Shown: one piece after another, positions 38,914 to 49,476 of the stretch
Numbering within the stretch: position 1 is the first letter of the stretch
Layout of the letters: every line of letters starts with the position of its first letter
Source of the DNA: Cyanobacteria bacterium P01_D01_bin.1
GTDB lineage: Bacteria; Cyanobacteriota; Cyanobacteriia; Phormidesmidales; Phormidesmidaceae
Direction: 5' to 3'
NCBI GenBank assembly: GCA_039111275.1
Contig: JBCCOH010000003.1
Span: 27,066-91,065, forward strand
DNA: 64,000 nt
The notes under the pieces: model-generated
The model's input: the letters and a program-made list of their open reading frames with translations, nothing else
Told to the model about the DNA's origin: nothing
The model's database searches: none
Program-made: the position numbers and the translations under genes

Positions 38914-41022
38914 GTGACTGCTGTTCCAAGAGAAAGTGAACCCCATCAGACGGTAGATCCGCAACCAGTCTCTCCGCCTGTTGCTGAGGATCATGCGCAT
39001 TCCAATGCTAACGGCTCTGTGCAGATTCACATAGACGGCGCCGACGAGTACGCCGAGGAGCACGCCGAGGAGCGCACTCAAGGTACGCGTCACGCAGTGC
39101 CTGCTAGAGTTCCTGCCAACGGTCATGCTGGCGATGGGATCTCGGGTATTCCAGCTTCGGATATTCCAGCTTCAGAGGCGATCGCATCCCAGCAGTCAGT
39201 GGTTGAGTCTGTCCCAGTTCGTGACGCTCCACAGGCTCATCACCAGCCTTCTATTTCAGTAGGAGCATCTTCTGCAAAGAGAGAGCTTTCTCCAAAAGCG
39301 CCTTCTGAGCCTGTCAATGGCAGTGCCCCAGCTTATATCCGCAGTACCTACAAAGACGGTGACTACCGTTGGAATAAAGGCACCTACTCACGCCCTCAAC
39401 GATTCATTGACATCTGGTCTTTTGTCCTAAAGCTGTTATCAAAGCGCTGGCTCTATGGCAAAGCTTGGTCATACGGCGGAGAAATTACACCCGAGAAACA
39501 GACCAAACGCCGTCAGGATATGGCGGTCTGGATTCGAGAAACTTGCCTGAGCCTAGGTCCGACTTTTATCAAAATCGGCCAGCTGTTTTCGACTAGAGCC
39601 GACCTATTTCCCATCGAGTACGTCGAAGAGCTTTCTAAGCTACAAGATCGGGTACCTGCCTTCAGCTACGAGAAGGTAAAAAGCACAATAGAAGACGACT
39701 TTGGCCGTCCTCTATCTGAACTGTATCAAAGCTTTGAGCCTGTTCCTATTGCCGCTGCTAGCTTAGGTCAGGTTCACTGTGCGCAGCTCCATTCTGGGGA
39801 AGAGGTCGTTGTCAAAATTCAGCGTCCAGGGCTGTCACGGCTCTTTGCAATTGACCTTTCTATCTTGAAGGGAATTGCGCAGTACTTTCAAAACCACAAG
39901 GAGTGGGGCCGTGGCCGCGACTGGATGGGCATTTACGCCGAGTGCTGTCGTCTGTTGTGGCTAGAGATCGATTTCCTACACGAAGGCCGAAACGGCGATA
40001 AGTTCCGCCGCAACTTTCGGGGCGTCGACTGGGTAAAGGTGCCACGCATTTACTGGCGATACACTTCGCCTAGAGTGCTGACGATGGAGTACATGCCAGG
40101 AATCAAGATCAGCCACTACGAGGCGCTTGAGTCTGCAGGGCTAGATCGCAAGCGCTTAGCTAAGCTAGGCGCTGAGGCGTATCTACGTCAGCTGTTGACG
40201 GACGGCTTTTTTCACGCGGACCCTCACCCTGGCAACATTGCGGTCGATACAGATGGCTCGCTGATCTTTTACGATTTTGGCATGATGGGCCAAATTCAGG
40301 CGGTCACTAGGACTCGGCTGATGGATACGTTTGTCGGGATTGCTCAGCGGGATGCTGGACTGGTGATGAAATCGCTGGTGGAACTAGGCGCTCTCGCTCA
40401 GATCGATGATATGGGTCCGGTGCGGCGCTCGATCCAGTACATCCTAGACAACATGATGGATAAGCCGTTCGAGGAGCAGTCGGTAACCGCAATCAGCGAC
40501 GATCTCTACGCAGTTGCTTACGATCAGCCTTTTCGCTTCCCGGCGACGTTTACGTTTGTGATGCGGGCTTTCTCTACCCTAGAAGGCGTAGGCAAAGGGC
40601 TCGATCCAGAGTTTAACTTTATGGAGGCCGCTAAACCATACGCGACAGAACTTATGACAAATGGTACGCCAGGTGAGCCAAATGGCCTTTTGGGTGAAAT
40701 TAGTCGGCAGGCTGCGCAGGTCGGTAGCTCGGCGCTAAGCTTGCCAAGGCGTATAGAAGATACGCTAGATCGCCTGGATCGCGGCGATATTAGGGTGCGA
40801 GTGCGTTCTATTGAGAGCGATCGCATTCTCCGGCGCAGCAGTGATTTGTCTTTGGCTTTGAGCTACACGCTGCTAGTGGGTGCGTTTACTCTGTCGGCGA
40901 CGCTGCTACTGGTTTTTGATTTCATTGTGGCTGCGGCTATTCTGGGTGCGATCGCCGCTGTTTCTGGCATTGCGTTGATTCGTCTGCTTGCACGGATTGC
41001 GAAAGCTGACAGAATGCCCTAG
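38914..41022 (+). CDS. AarF/ABC1/UbiB atypical kinase
   Basis: LGPTFIKIGQ, PIAAASLGQVH, VVVKIQRPG, FFHADPHPGN and DFGM. Confidence 0.95.
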   Translation: MTAVPRESEPHQTVDPQPVSPPVAEDHAHSNANGSVQIHIDGADEYAEEHAEERTQGTRHAVPARVPANGHAGDGISGIPASDIPASEAIASQQSVVESVPVRDAPQAHHQPSISVGASSAKRELSPKAPSEPVNGSAPAYIRSTYKDGDYRWNKGTYSRPQRFIDIWSFVLKLLSKRWLYGKAWSYGGEITPEKQTKRRQDMAVWIRETCLSLGPTFIKIGQLFSTRADLFPIEYVEELSKLQDRVPAFSYEKVKSTIEDDFGRPLSELYQSFEPVPIAAASLGQVHCAQLHSGEEVVVKIQRPGLSRLFAIDLSILKGIAQYFQNHKEWGRGRDWMGIYAECCRLLWLEIDFLHEGRNGDKFRRNFRGVDWVKVPRIYWRYTSPRVLTMEYMPGIKISHYEALESAGLDRKRLAKLGAEAYLRQLLTDGFFHADPHPGNIAVDTDGSLIFYDFGMMGQIQAVTRTRLMDTFVGIAQRDAGLVMKSLVELGALAQIDDMGPVRRSIQYILDNMMDKPFEEQSVTAISDDLYAVAYDQPFRFPATFTFVMRAFSTLEGVGKGLDPEFNFMEAAKPYATELMTNGTPGEPNGLLGEISRQAAQVGSSALSLPRRIEDTLDRLDRGDIRVRVRSIESDRILRRSSDLSLALSYTLLVGAFTLSATLLLVFDFIVAAAILGAIAAVSGIALIRLLARIAKADRMP

Positions 41023-41104
41023 ATTCGCATCTATAGCATTGGTCGCTTGGCTGAGGTCCAGCTCGCAGGCTAGAAGCCTTATATGACAGCAGGCCAAGTG
41101 ACTC

Positions 41105-41132
41105 GCGTTTCTCTAGTGCGTTAGAGAAACGC
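41105..41132. other. 11-bp intergenic hairpin without a U-tract (possible RNA stability or processing element)
   Basis: GCGTTTCTCTA-gtgcgt-TAGAGAAACGC between the ABC1 kinase and the PP2C gene. Confidence 0.55.
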
Positions 41133-41175
41133 TACATAAAGATTCGGTCTTGCAACAGATAGCTTTTCGCCGCTT

Positions 41176-41973
41176 ATGAACGATTCCCCCAATGGGTTTA
41201 GCTTTGCTGGACTGACGGATGTTGGCCTACAGCGTACAGCCAATCAGGACAGCTATTACATCTCAGCGCAAGGCGATCTGTTTATCGTGGCTGATGGTAT
41301 GGGGGGACATGTCGGCGGGCAAGAGGCCAGTCGTCTCTCGACCGCTACGATTCAGGACTATTTGGCAACTCACAGAGAAAGCGATGTTGCCTCACCTGAT
41401 CTGTTGCGGCAGGCTATAGTGGCTGCTAATGTGGCGGTGATAGCCGATCAGGATCGGCATCCAGAACGCGCTGATATGGGCACGACCGTCGTAGTCGTTA
41501 TGCTACGCAATCAGCAGCTTTGGTGCGCTCATATTGGTGATTCACGGCTGTATCTGCTTAGAGAAAATCAGTTGGTTCAGATCACAAAAGATCACACCTG
41601 GGTGGCACAGGCGATGCTGTCGGGCGAGCTGACCGAAGAGGCACTATCGACTCATCCCTGGCGACATGTTCTTTCTCAATGCGTAGGTCGTGAGGATTTG
41701 GCTACGGTCCCGACCCAGCAGCTGAATGTAGAGCCAGGCGACCGGCTCTTGCTGTGCAGTGATGGTCTCACCGAAGAGCTCTCTGACGAGGCGATCGCGA
41801 CTTGTTTACAGTCAGCATCTACCTGCGAAGCGGCCACCGCTGAGCTGATTGCAGCTGCCAAGGCTCAGGGAGGACGCGACAATATTACGGCCATAGTCAT
41901 CACTCTGCCAGCTTCCGCAGCAGCGCTGCCCACTACAGATTCTTTAGAAGATTCTTTAGAAGACCTGTCTTGA
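41176..41973 (+). CDS. PP2C/PPM Ser/Thr phosphatase (PphA-like)
   Basis: TDVG..R..NQD, VADGMGGH, MGTT, HIGDSRLY, LLCSDGL and GGRDNIT. Confidence 0.95.
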   Translation: MNDSPNGFSFAGLTDVGLQRTANQDSYYISAQGDLFIVADGMGGHVGGQEASRLSTATIQDYLATHRESDVASPDLLRQAIVAANVAVIADQDRHPERADMGTTVVVVMLRNQQLWCAHIGDSRLYLLRENQLVQITKDHTWVAQAMLSGELTEEALSTHPWRHVLSQCVGREDLATVPTQQLNVEPGDRLLLCSDGLTEELSDEAIATCLQSASTCEAATAELIAAAKAQGGRDNITAIVITLPASAAALPTTDSLEDSLEDLS

Positions 41974-42179
41974 AAGATCTGCCTTATCCGTCTTACCTTA
42001 TCTGTCTTAATAGAGAGATAAGTTCATTCAATACAAGGTTTGAGCAGGATGGGGTTTATTCTGAGAAGGAATGATGTTCGAAAGTACCTTTCCCCAGACT
42101 TCTGCCCGGAATTCTCTCTAGACTTCCACTGAACATCTCATTCAAGACGTTTATAAAGACAGTTTATCGGTGCGGTTTT

Positions 42180-43055
42180 ATGTTCAAGCGTGCGCTCATT
42201 TGTACTGATTTTTCGGATAGTCTTCAGCGCTTTGCTGATTTTGTACCGGATTTGGCAAAAGGCGGCATCACTCATCTTGTGTTCTTTCACAATGTGCCGC
42301 TGATGACGTCTAGAGAAATTCCCTGTGTGGACGAAGAGCGGGTGAGTGCGGCTCGCGAGCGGCTCGCGGTCGCTCAATCTGCCGTACCAGAGGGATCAAC
42401 GGTAGAAATTGAAGTGGCCTCAGGCCGGGCTTCGGACAACATTATACGGGCGGTCAAGGACCACCAGCCAGACATCATTTTTTCTGGAATGCCAACCCGC
42501 TCAGTCCTGAACGAACGACTGTTTGGCAGCACGACTATGGCGTTAGCCGAAAAAACCAACATTCCTCTGCTGATTTTGCGTCCGCAGCTAATATCTACCT
42601 ACCGTGAAAGCGAGCTGGCTCAGCGCTGTCAGAATATGTTTGATTATCTTCTAGTGCCATATGACGGTAGCGAGAGCGCAGCTAAGATCATCAACGAGAT
42701 CAAAACTAGAATCCAGGCTGACCCAAAGTGCGCTTTAGAAACGTGTCTACTAAGCTGGGTGATAGATGGTGGCGGACGGCTATCTAGCAGCAATCTAGCC
42801 GAGGAAGCACAGGCGAAGCTAGATGCAGCGGCGAAGGAGCTAGAAGGGCTAGGCAGCCGGATTGAGACTGAAGTACGTGAGGGCGATCCGGTCGAGGAGA
42901 TTTTGAAGTCGGGTGAGATGCACGATATCAGCGCGATCGCAGTCTGCACGGGTAAAAGCAAAGGACTCTTGAAGCTAACTGTGCCTAGCTTTACTAGTGC
43001 TATGCTGCGAGCCTCCTGGCATCCGATTATTCACTTTCCCCGCTATGAGGGGTAG
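42180..43055 (+). CDS. tandem-domain universal stress protein
   Basis: Two USP repeats: LICTDFS...FGSTT..LA and LLVPYDGS...GDPVEEI. Confidence 0.88.
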   Translation: MFKRALICTDFSDSLQRFADFVPDLAKGGITHLVFFHNVPLMTSREIPCVDEERVSAARERLAVAQSAVPEGSTVEIEVASGRASDNIIRAVKDHQPDIIFSGMPTRSVLNERLFGSTTMALAEKTNIPLLILRPQLISTYRESELAQRCQNMFDYLLVPYDGSESAAKIINEIKTRIQADPKCALETCLLSWVIDGGGRLSSSNLAEEAQAKLDAAAKELEGLGSRIETEVREGDPVEEILKSGEMHDISAIAVCTGKSKGLLKLTVPSFTSAMLRASWHPIIHFPRYEG

Positions 43056-43114
43056 TGGCGGCTTTGGCGCAGAAGGGTGAAAGGCGTAGAGATAAAGGCG
43101 TAGAAATGGGCAGG

Positions 43115-44887
43115 CTACTTTAGGAATCCTAGAGAGGCATCCATTGCCGGTTGATTTTCTGAGTGCATGGCTTCGAAGTTCATTGTGATCTTCGGCTTGA
43201 GGTTATTGTCTAGCTCGCGCTTTAGTAGAGCTTTGCTTTCTTTGGGGCTGCCTATGGCAGGAGCGTGGCGTGCGCTGGTCGCCCACTCCTGTAATAGCTT
43301 GAGCTGGGTGGTAGCAACGTTGAGCGTTTTAACCCGAGAGCAGCGGTGGGGAGCTTCTTTTGTGAAGAAGAGAATCTGATACTGTCGGGCCTGGGTGAGT
43401 TGCCACAAAATGGCTTGTGAGGTCGTGTTTTTGAGATCTAGATAGCATGGCATCCAGCGGGGGCCATCATTCCTGTTGTAGAAGGCGGTAAGCCAGAGCA
43501 CCATAGGATAAGGCCGCATTGTACACATGAAGTTGTTGTAACGGGTGTTGCGAACTCGTTTTTCGATTTCGGCATCTGGCATCATCGCCCATAGAGTAGG
43601 CGTGGTCTCGCTCGACTGAGTGACTAGCCGAGGAAAGACGACCTGCGCAATCGGCATCTCAACGGGCCACTTCTGCGCTCGGTAGAACTGCTCTTTGGCT
43701 GCTGAGACCCCAGAAGATGGGCTATTGGCAGATGATTCGTCTGAAGAATGCAGCTGGGATTCTTCTGCTTGATCTTTTGGTGCATTGTTGGCTACCGCTT
43801 TGGGCTGCTTTAGCTCTTGTTCTGGTGATTGGTTTGCTGCTGGTGATAGTGCGTCTGCTGGTGATAGCGCATCTGCTTTTGGTGAGGTGACCTCAGCCTC
43901 AGATAGTGCTGTGGCAATGTTGGCTCTGGTGGGTGCTACAGGGCTGAGCTCTTTGGCAACGGGAAATTTAGAAAGCGTAGTGCTGATTCTTTGAGAAATT
44001 TGGAAGCCGGAGCCGAAGCGTTTTTCTAGGGGCGCGATCGCCTCGATAATGTCGCTTACTGTCAGCGGCCTTTCCTCTCGCTGTTTTGCGAGACAGGCCA
44101 TCACCACGTCGTTTAGATCCTTCGGCACTTTGTACGCTTTGGTCAAAGAGGAGGGTTCCTCTAGCCTGTGCGCTTTGTACCAGCTGCCAAAGGTGTTGTT
44201 GGCAGGCTTGACCGGTAACCTGCTAGAGAGCATCTGATACATCATCACGCCCAGACTGTAGATATCTGAGCGACTGTCTAGCTCCCTACCTTCCATCTGC
44301 TCTGGAGAGGCATAGGCCAATGTCCCCATGAACGTGCTGGTCTGCTCGCTGCCTTCTTGTAGCAGCTTGGCGATGCCAAAGTCTAAAATTTTGACTAGCT
44401 CGCCCACTGACGGGTCGACAGTAACCAAGATATTGCTCGGCTTGATGTCGCGATGAATAATAGGCACGACTTTGCCATCTACTACGATGCCTTTGTGTGC
44501 TGTTTTTAGGCCGAGGAGCACCTGACGGATTAGCCCCAAAAAGCGAGGCACTGGTAAAGGCTTTCGCTGGACCATTTGACCAACGTTGTCACCTTTGAGA
44601 TACTCCATCACGTAGAAGGGAACGTCGTCTTCGTTGACGCCATAGTCCGTGACTCTAACGACGTGAATGCTTTTTTGCCCCAGCTGCGCGCAGGTCATCG
44701 CCTCTCGCAGAAATCGCTTGCGCATGTTCTCGTTGAGCAGCGTCTGCGATAGAAATTTGACGGCAACCGGGACACCGCCCAGCAGCGAATCGCTCGCCAG
44801 GTAGACCCTCCCCATCGACCCTTGGCCAATAGTTTCTATCAGTTCGTAGCGATCACAGACTTTGCGTCCGATATTGAGATCTGTCAT
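43115..44887 (-). CDS. Hanks-type Ser/Thr kinase (Pkn2 family, possibly SpkA-like) with uncharacterised C-terminal domain
   Basis: IGQGSMGRVY, VAVKFL, HRDIKPSN, DFG, GTLAYASPE and DIYSLG; no TM. Confidence 0.93.
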   Translation of the reverse strand: MTDLNIGRKVCDRYELIETIGQGSMGRVYLASDSLLGGVPVAVKFLSQTLLNENMRKRFLREAMTCAQLGQKSIHVVRVTDYGVNEDDVPFYVMEYLKGDNVGQMVQRKPLPVPRFLGLIRQVLLGLKTAHKGIVVDGKVVPIIHRDIKPSNILVTVDPSVGELVKILDFGIAKLLQEGSEQTSTFMGTLAYASPEQMEGRELDSRSDIYSLGVMMYQMLSSRLPVKPANNTFGSWYKAHRLEEPSSLTKAYKVPKDLNDVVMACLAKQREERPLTVSDIIEAIAPLEKRFGSGFQISQRISTTLSKFPVAKELSPVAPTRANIATALSEAEVTSPKADALSPADALSPAANQSPEQELKQPKAVANNAPKDQAEESQLHSSDESSANSPSSGVSAAKEQFYRAQKWPVEMPIAQVVFPRLVTQSSETTPTLWAMMPDAEIEKRVRNTRYNNFMCTMRPYPMVLWLTAFYNRNDGPRWMPCYLDLKNTTSQAILWQLTQARQYQILFFTKEAPHRCSRVKTLNVATTQLKLLQEWATSARHAPAIGSPKESKALLKRELDNNLKPKITMNFEAMHSENQPAMDASLGFLK

Positions 44888-44911
44888 TTGAAATCTGTCA
44901 TTTGGAATCTA

Positions 44912-45373
44912 TCATGACGACTGGCGGATAAGTTCTGCCTCCATGGTGCTGCTAAGGTAGTGCCCGGACATCACGCCGGTTGAAAAGTAGTATCTATCTG
45001 GGCCGATCTGCCTTAGCGTCTCAAATCCGGTACGGCGCTGCTTATCGCTAGTGGCCCAGTAGCGCTGCACGATTGATTCTGGCGCTATCCAGCCCTCACC
45101 TTCTGCCTGGCCCAGCTCGCTGTGCTGCATCACAAAGGTATACTGCCGATCTCGAATCGTAATTCGTCCGCGAGATTGCACCACGATATCGGCAGGCGGC
45201 GCTTCTAGAAAATCGGTTTCAAGAAAGGAGATTTTGGTCGCCACCATGAAGCAGTCTGCCTGTTTCCAAGCGACCAGGATTTTGCCTTTGACAGGAATAG
45301 GCAAGGTTTCTCTTGTTAGCCAGGTTCCCTGCAATTTCCACCGACCCGGCTCGAGTAAAAAGCTGTGAGACAC
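44912..45373 (-). CDS. conserved hypothetical protein (predicted beta-rich)
   Basis: 153-aa ORF directly upstream of and co-oriented with the kinase; native codon style. Confidence 0.72.
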   Translation of the reverse strand: MSHSFLLEPGRWKLQGTWLTRETLPIPVKGKILVAWKQADCFMVATKISFLETDFLEAPPADIVVQSRGRITIRDRQYTFVMQHSELGQAEGEGWIAPESIVQRYWATSDKQRRTGFETLRQIGPDRYYFSTGVMSGHYLSSTMEAELIRQSS

Positions 45374-45450
45374 AGCGCAATTCCTTTCATTGGGTTAATA
45401 AACCACTGACTAAATGCCAGTAGTCTAGGATGCCCAGCCGGATTGTCAGA

Positions 45451-46614
45451 TCAAGGTGTCCAGATCTCGCCGAGTAGGCAGGGTCTATCAGCACCCGTAA
45501 CGCTAGGCAAATTGCTAGGAACGCCGTACCAGCGCCAGTAGGCTAACACTGCAAATGCGATCGCCTCTTTATAATTCGCGTCTATTTGCTTGTTATCAGT
45601 TGGCTGTACGCTGCACTCTGGCAGGCGCTGCCGTAGACAATTCATCAGGTACTTATTTTGGCTACCACCGCCACCGATGAGCACTTCTTTTGGCAGATTC
45701 GGCAGGAATTGGCGATAGCTCAGTTCAATTGTCGCAGCGGTAAAATCAGTCAGCGTCGATAGAAAGTCCTCAGGACTCAATCCTCGTGCGTCTGCGGCTT
45801 GCCAGCAGTGCTCTGCGTACTCTACGCCAAACAGCTCACGGCCTGTAGACTTGGGGGGCGATGTCTGAAAAAAGGGCTGTGCCAGCCACCGGTCGATTAG
45901 AGGCTGATTAGGTATTCCCGTTGCGGCCCAGTCTCCGTTTTCGTCATAAGACTTTTGTCCTTTAGAGAATGTGGTAATCGCCCAGTCAATCAGGGCATTC
46001 CCTGGACCTGTATCCCAACCTTGTACCTTGTCTAAAACGGTAGGCGCGGCTTTCGCATCTGTCTTAGCATTCAAATTCCAAGCGGGTAGATACGTTACGT
46101 TCCCGATGCCGCCGATGTTTTGGACCGCTATGTCGATGTCTGGCTGAGCGAGCAGACAGGCATCGATGATAGGGACGAGCGGTGCCCCCTGCCCACCCAA
46201 GGCGATATCGGCTACGCGAAAGTTACTGACGGTGGTGCATCCTGTCGTACGAGCAATCAGATCACCGCGTCCGAGCTGCTGCGTGTAGCCGAGCTGATTT
46301 GCGCTCGGCGGGCGGTGATAGAGGGTTTGACCATGAGAGCCAATTAGGTCGACAGTTGCCAGATCTATTTCTAACGCCTGGGTGGCCTGGACGAAGTGGT
46401 AGGCGATCTCATCATCCAGCTCGGCCAGTTCTGCGAAGGCAATAGGCTGATTGTCACACAGAGAGAGAATGCGTGATCGCACCTCTTCAGAATAAGGATA
46501 CACAACACCTTTAATTAGCTTGGCGCTGATCGCATAGCCTTCCCCCGTCACGTCGACTAACGCCGCGTCGATGCCATCCACCGACGTGCCGCTCATCAGC
46601 CCAATAATTCTCAT
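45451..46614 (-). CDS. anmK: anhydro-N-acetylmuramic acid kinase
   Basis: GLMSGTS.DGID, GSHGQT, D.A.GGQGAPL, NIGGIGN, DTGPGN and KEAIAFA. Confidence 0.96.
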   Translation of the reverse strand: MRIIGLMSGTSVDGIDAALVDVTGEGYAISAKLIKGVVYPYSEEVRSRILSLCDNQPIAFAELAELDDEIAYHFVQATQALEIDLATVDLIGSHGQTLYHRPPSANQLGYTQQLGRGDLIARTTGCTTVSNFRVADIALGGQGAPLVPIIDACLLAQPDIDIAVQNIGGIGNVTYLPAWNLNAKTDAKAAPTVLDKVQGWDTGPGNALIDWAITTFSKGQKSYDENGDWAATGIPNQPLIDRWLAQPFFQTSPPKSTGRELFGVEYAEHCWQAADARGLSPEDFLSTLTDFTAATIELSYRQFLPNLPKEVLIGGGGSQNKYLMNCLRQRLPECSVQPTDNKQIDANYKEAIAFAVLAYWRWYGVPSNLPSVTGADRPCLLGEIWTP

Positions 46615-46637
46615 ACTCTTTTGTCTCGTGATCGCCT

Positions 46638-47354
46638 TTACATGGGCAGCTTGTCGATTCCCGAATTGTCCCCAATCACCACCATCAGGCTCCCCCCCCG
46701 CAGCCGCGTCACCGGACTGGGGTTAATCGTAAACTTATCGTGGTCGTCTTCTTTGGCATCCTCTTTGCTAATTGCCATCAGCGTCAAACCATAGTGATTG
46801 CGCAGGTCCACTTCCATAATGGTTTTACCATCAAAGCTCTGAGGTACCACAACTTCGACAATGCTGTGGTCCGGGTCGAGTTCAAATCGGTCCAATATGC
46901 CAGGACGCGTTAGCGATCGAGCCAATTCGCAGCCCATCTCATGCTCTGGAAAAACCACGTGGTCTGCGCCCACTCTAATCAGCAGCTTGCCGTGAATTTC
47001 AGAAGATGCCTTTGCCACGACGTTCGGCACACCTGCTTCTTTGACGTTGAGCGTCGTGATAATACTCTCTTGAACATAGTTACCAATTGCCACAATCACC
47101 GTATCAAAATCGGGAATCCCTGCTTCTACTAAGGCTGAAGGCTGAGTGGAATCAAGCTGAACTGCGTGAGCTGCGATCTGATCGGTGAGCACCTGAGCGA
47201 CCCTACTCTCATTCGAGTCAATGCCCATGACTTCATAGCCCATGCCATGTAGCGTCAGGCAAACAGCTCTGCCAAAGCGTCCGAGCCCAATTACTGCAAA
47301 CTGTCGATTGGTTGCTCTTAGATTCCTGAAAAACTTAAGGGACGAAATATTCAC
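46638..47354 (-). CDS. TrkA/KtrA potassium uptake regulatory subunit
   Basis: RCK_N GLGRFG Rossmann motif, VVFPEHEMG and an RCK_C domain. Confidence 0.92.
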   Translation of the reverse strand: MNISSLKFFRNLRATNRQFAVIGLGRFGRAVCLTLHGMGYEVMGIDSNESRVAQVLTDQIAAHAVQLDSTQPSALVEAGIPDFDTVIVAIGNYVQESIITTLNVKEAGVPNVVAKASSEIHGKLLIRVGADHVVFPEHEMGCELARSLTRPGILDRFELDPDHSIVEVVVPQSFDGKTIMEVDLRNHYGLTLMAISKEDAKEDDHDKFTINPSPVTRLRGGSLMVVIGDNSGIDKLPM

Positions 47355-47510
47355 AAAATTCGGCTACAACAGAACGAAGAGTATTCCATGCATTCTACTG
47401 GTTTATCCTACTGGGCCAGCTATTTCTAATAGGGCGCCCCGCACTCCTTTGCGCAATCCATTTCTTTCTTTGATAGGCTAGCTAGATGCTGCCTAGGGAT
47501 AAGTACGGAC

Positions 47511-48674
47511 GTGGATATTCAGATTGGTCGTGGTAAAACAGCGCGTCGCGCATACGGTATTGATGAAATTGCCTTGGTACCTGGGGGAAGAACCCTAGAT
47601 CCGCAGTTAGCTGATACCAGCTGGCAAATTGGCGACATTACTAGAGAGATCCCAATTATTGCTAGTGCGATGGACGGCGTTGTCGATGTCAAAATGGCCG
47701 TCGAACTCTCTCAGTTAGGGGCGATGGGTGTGCTTAATCTAGAGGGTATTCAGACCAGATACGATGACCCTAATCCCATTCTCGATCGGATTGCTTCTGT
47801 TGGAAAAACAGAGTTTGTTCCGCTAATGCAAGAGCTGTATGCTCAACCTGTACGCGCCGATCTAATCGAAAAACGCATCCGAGAAATTAAGTCACAGCAA
47901 GGCATTGCTGCAGTTAGCCTGACACCCGCGGGTGCAGTCAAGTTTGGTAAGACTGCTGCTGAGGCAGGCGTGGACCTTGTCTTTGTACAGGCGACGGTGG
48001 TCTCGACTGAACATCTGTCCCCAGAAGCAATAACGCCACTCGATCTTGCTAGTTTCTGCGAGGAAATGCCGATACCAGTGCTATTGGGCAACTGCGTCAC
48101 TTATGAAGTCACTCTCAAACTAATGAAGGCGGGCGCTGCGGGTATTCTGGTGGGCATTGGACCTGGCGCAGCCTGTACTTCTAGAGGGGTCTTGGGGGTG
48201 GGCGTGCCGCAGGCAACCGCTGTCGCCGACTGCGCAGCCGCTAGAGATGACTATCAGAAAGAATCGGGTCGCTACGTACCAGTCATCGCTGATGGTGGTC
48301 TGGTCACTGGGGGGGATATCTGCAAGTGCATTGCCTGTGGCGCAGATGGCGTGATGATCGGATCTCCGTTCGCGCGGGCCCAAGAGGCGCCTGGTCGCGG
48401 ATTTCACTGGGGGATGGCAACCCCAAGCCCGGTTCTGCCACGAGGCACGCGGATCGAGGTGGGTACAACAGGCTCTTTGAAGCAAATTCTGCGCGGACCT
48501 GCTCAGCTAGATGATGGAACACATAACTTTTTAGGTGCATTGCAAACTAGCATGGGCACGCTGGGCGCAAAGAACATCAAAGAGATGCAGTCTGTAGAAG
48601 TAGTGATTGCCCCTTCTTTGCTGACCGAGGGCAAGGTCTATCAAAAAGCGCAGCAGTTGGGCATGGGTAAGTAA
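47511..48674 (+). CDS. guaB: GuaB3-type IMP dehydrogenase-related protein
   Basis: IPIIASAMD, GIGPGAACTSR and VIADGG; no CBS pair. Confidence 0.92.
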   Translation: MDIQIGRGKTARRAYGIDEIALVPGGRTLDPQLADTSWQIGDITREIPIIASAMDGVVDVKMAVELSQLGAMGVLNLEGIQTRYDDPNPILDRIASVGKTEFVPLMQELYAQPVRADLIEKRIREIKSQQGIAAVSLTPAGAVKFGKTAAEAGVDLVFVQATVVSTEHLSPEAITPLDLASFCEEMPIPVLLGNCVTYEVTLKLMKAGAAGILVGIGPGAACTSRGVLGVGVPQATAVADCAAARDDYQKESGRYVPVIADGGLVTGGDICKCIACGADGVMIGSPFARAQEAPGRGFHWGMATPSPVLPRGTRIEVGTTGSLKQILRGPAQLDDGTHNFLGALQTSMGTLGAKNIKEMQSVEVVIAPSLLTEGKVYQKAQQLGMGK

Positions 48675-48897
48675 TATCGACTAGGTAGATATCGGCTCAG
48701 TAGGATATTGGCTCAGTAGATATCAGCAGGTAGCGTCAGTATGTTCAGTATGCAGGTGTGCTTTTGAAAGTGAGAACCTCTCTATAAACTGTGAGAAATT
48801 ACGCATAAATATGACCTAGGGGTGAGGTAATTTGGGTAAGTTTTAAGACTTGTCTCCGATATTGCCCAACGTCAGTGGCAAATCCGTAAGAGTCTCC

Positions 48898-48903
48898 TAC
48901 AAT
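48898..48903 (+). promoter_or_regulatory. -10 element of Yfr1
   Basis: TACAAT 7-9 nt upstream of the Yfr1 5' hairpin. Confidence 0.6.
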
Positions 48904-48910
48904 TAAAAGG

Positions 48911-48983
48911 AAGCGGAGACGCAAGTTTCCGTTCACTCCTCACACCACACACCGCTCAGGCCCTAAGGTCTGAGCGGTTTCTT
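48911..48983 (+). ncRNA. yfr1: Yfr1 small RNA
   Basis: 5' hairpin GCGGAGAC-GCAA-GTTTCCG, the conserved ACTCCTCACAC (48935-48945), and terminator CCGCTCAG...CTGAGCGG-TTT; canonical guaB-trxA location. Confidence 0.92.
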
Positions 48984-49155
48984 GTGTTTGGTACAAAAAT
49001 ATGCATTGAGCGTTTTGGCGCGGCCCTTATACAGCCAATCCTCTATGCAATCCGTAAGAAATCGCAATCCGTAAGAAATCTGTAGTAGTCGAGGAAAAGG
49101 GACAGGTTTTGGCTATGGTAATATCAGATTACATGAGTGACTAAGGATTTTTAGA

Positions 49156-49476
49156 ATGTCAGCCGCACAGGTCACAGATTCGACATTTAAGCAAGAAGTT
49201 TTGGAAAATGAGGCCCCTGTACTAGTGGACTTTTGGGCCCCTTGGTGCGGTCCTTGCCGAATGGTGGCACCCGTTGTCGATGAAATTTCTGAACAGTATG
49301 ATGGGCAGGTTAAAGTTGTGAAGGTGAACACGGATGAAAATCCTAGTGTTGCTAGCCAGTACGGCATTCGCAGCATCCCAACGCTGATGATCTTCAAGGG
49401 TGGTCAGCGGGTAGATATGGTAGTTGGTGCGGTTCCAAAAACAACGCTAGCCAATACGCTAGAAAAGTATCTTTAG
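49156..49476 (+). CDS. trxA: thioredoxin (m-type)
   Basis: WAPWCGPC and GIRSIPTL. Confidence 0.98.
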   Translation: MSAAQVTDSTFKQEVLENEAPVLVDFWAPWCGPCRMVAPVVDEISEQYDGQVKVVKVNTDENPSVASQYGIRSIPTLMIFKGGQRVDMVVGAVPKTTLANTLEKYL

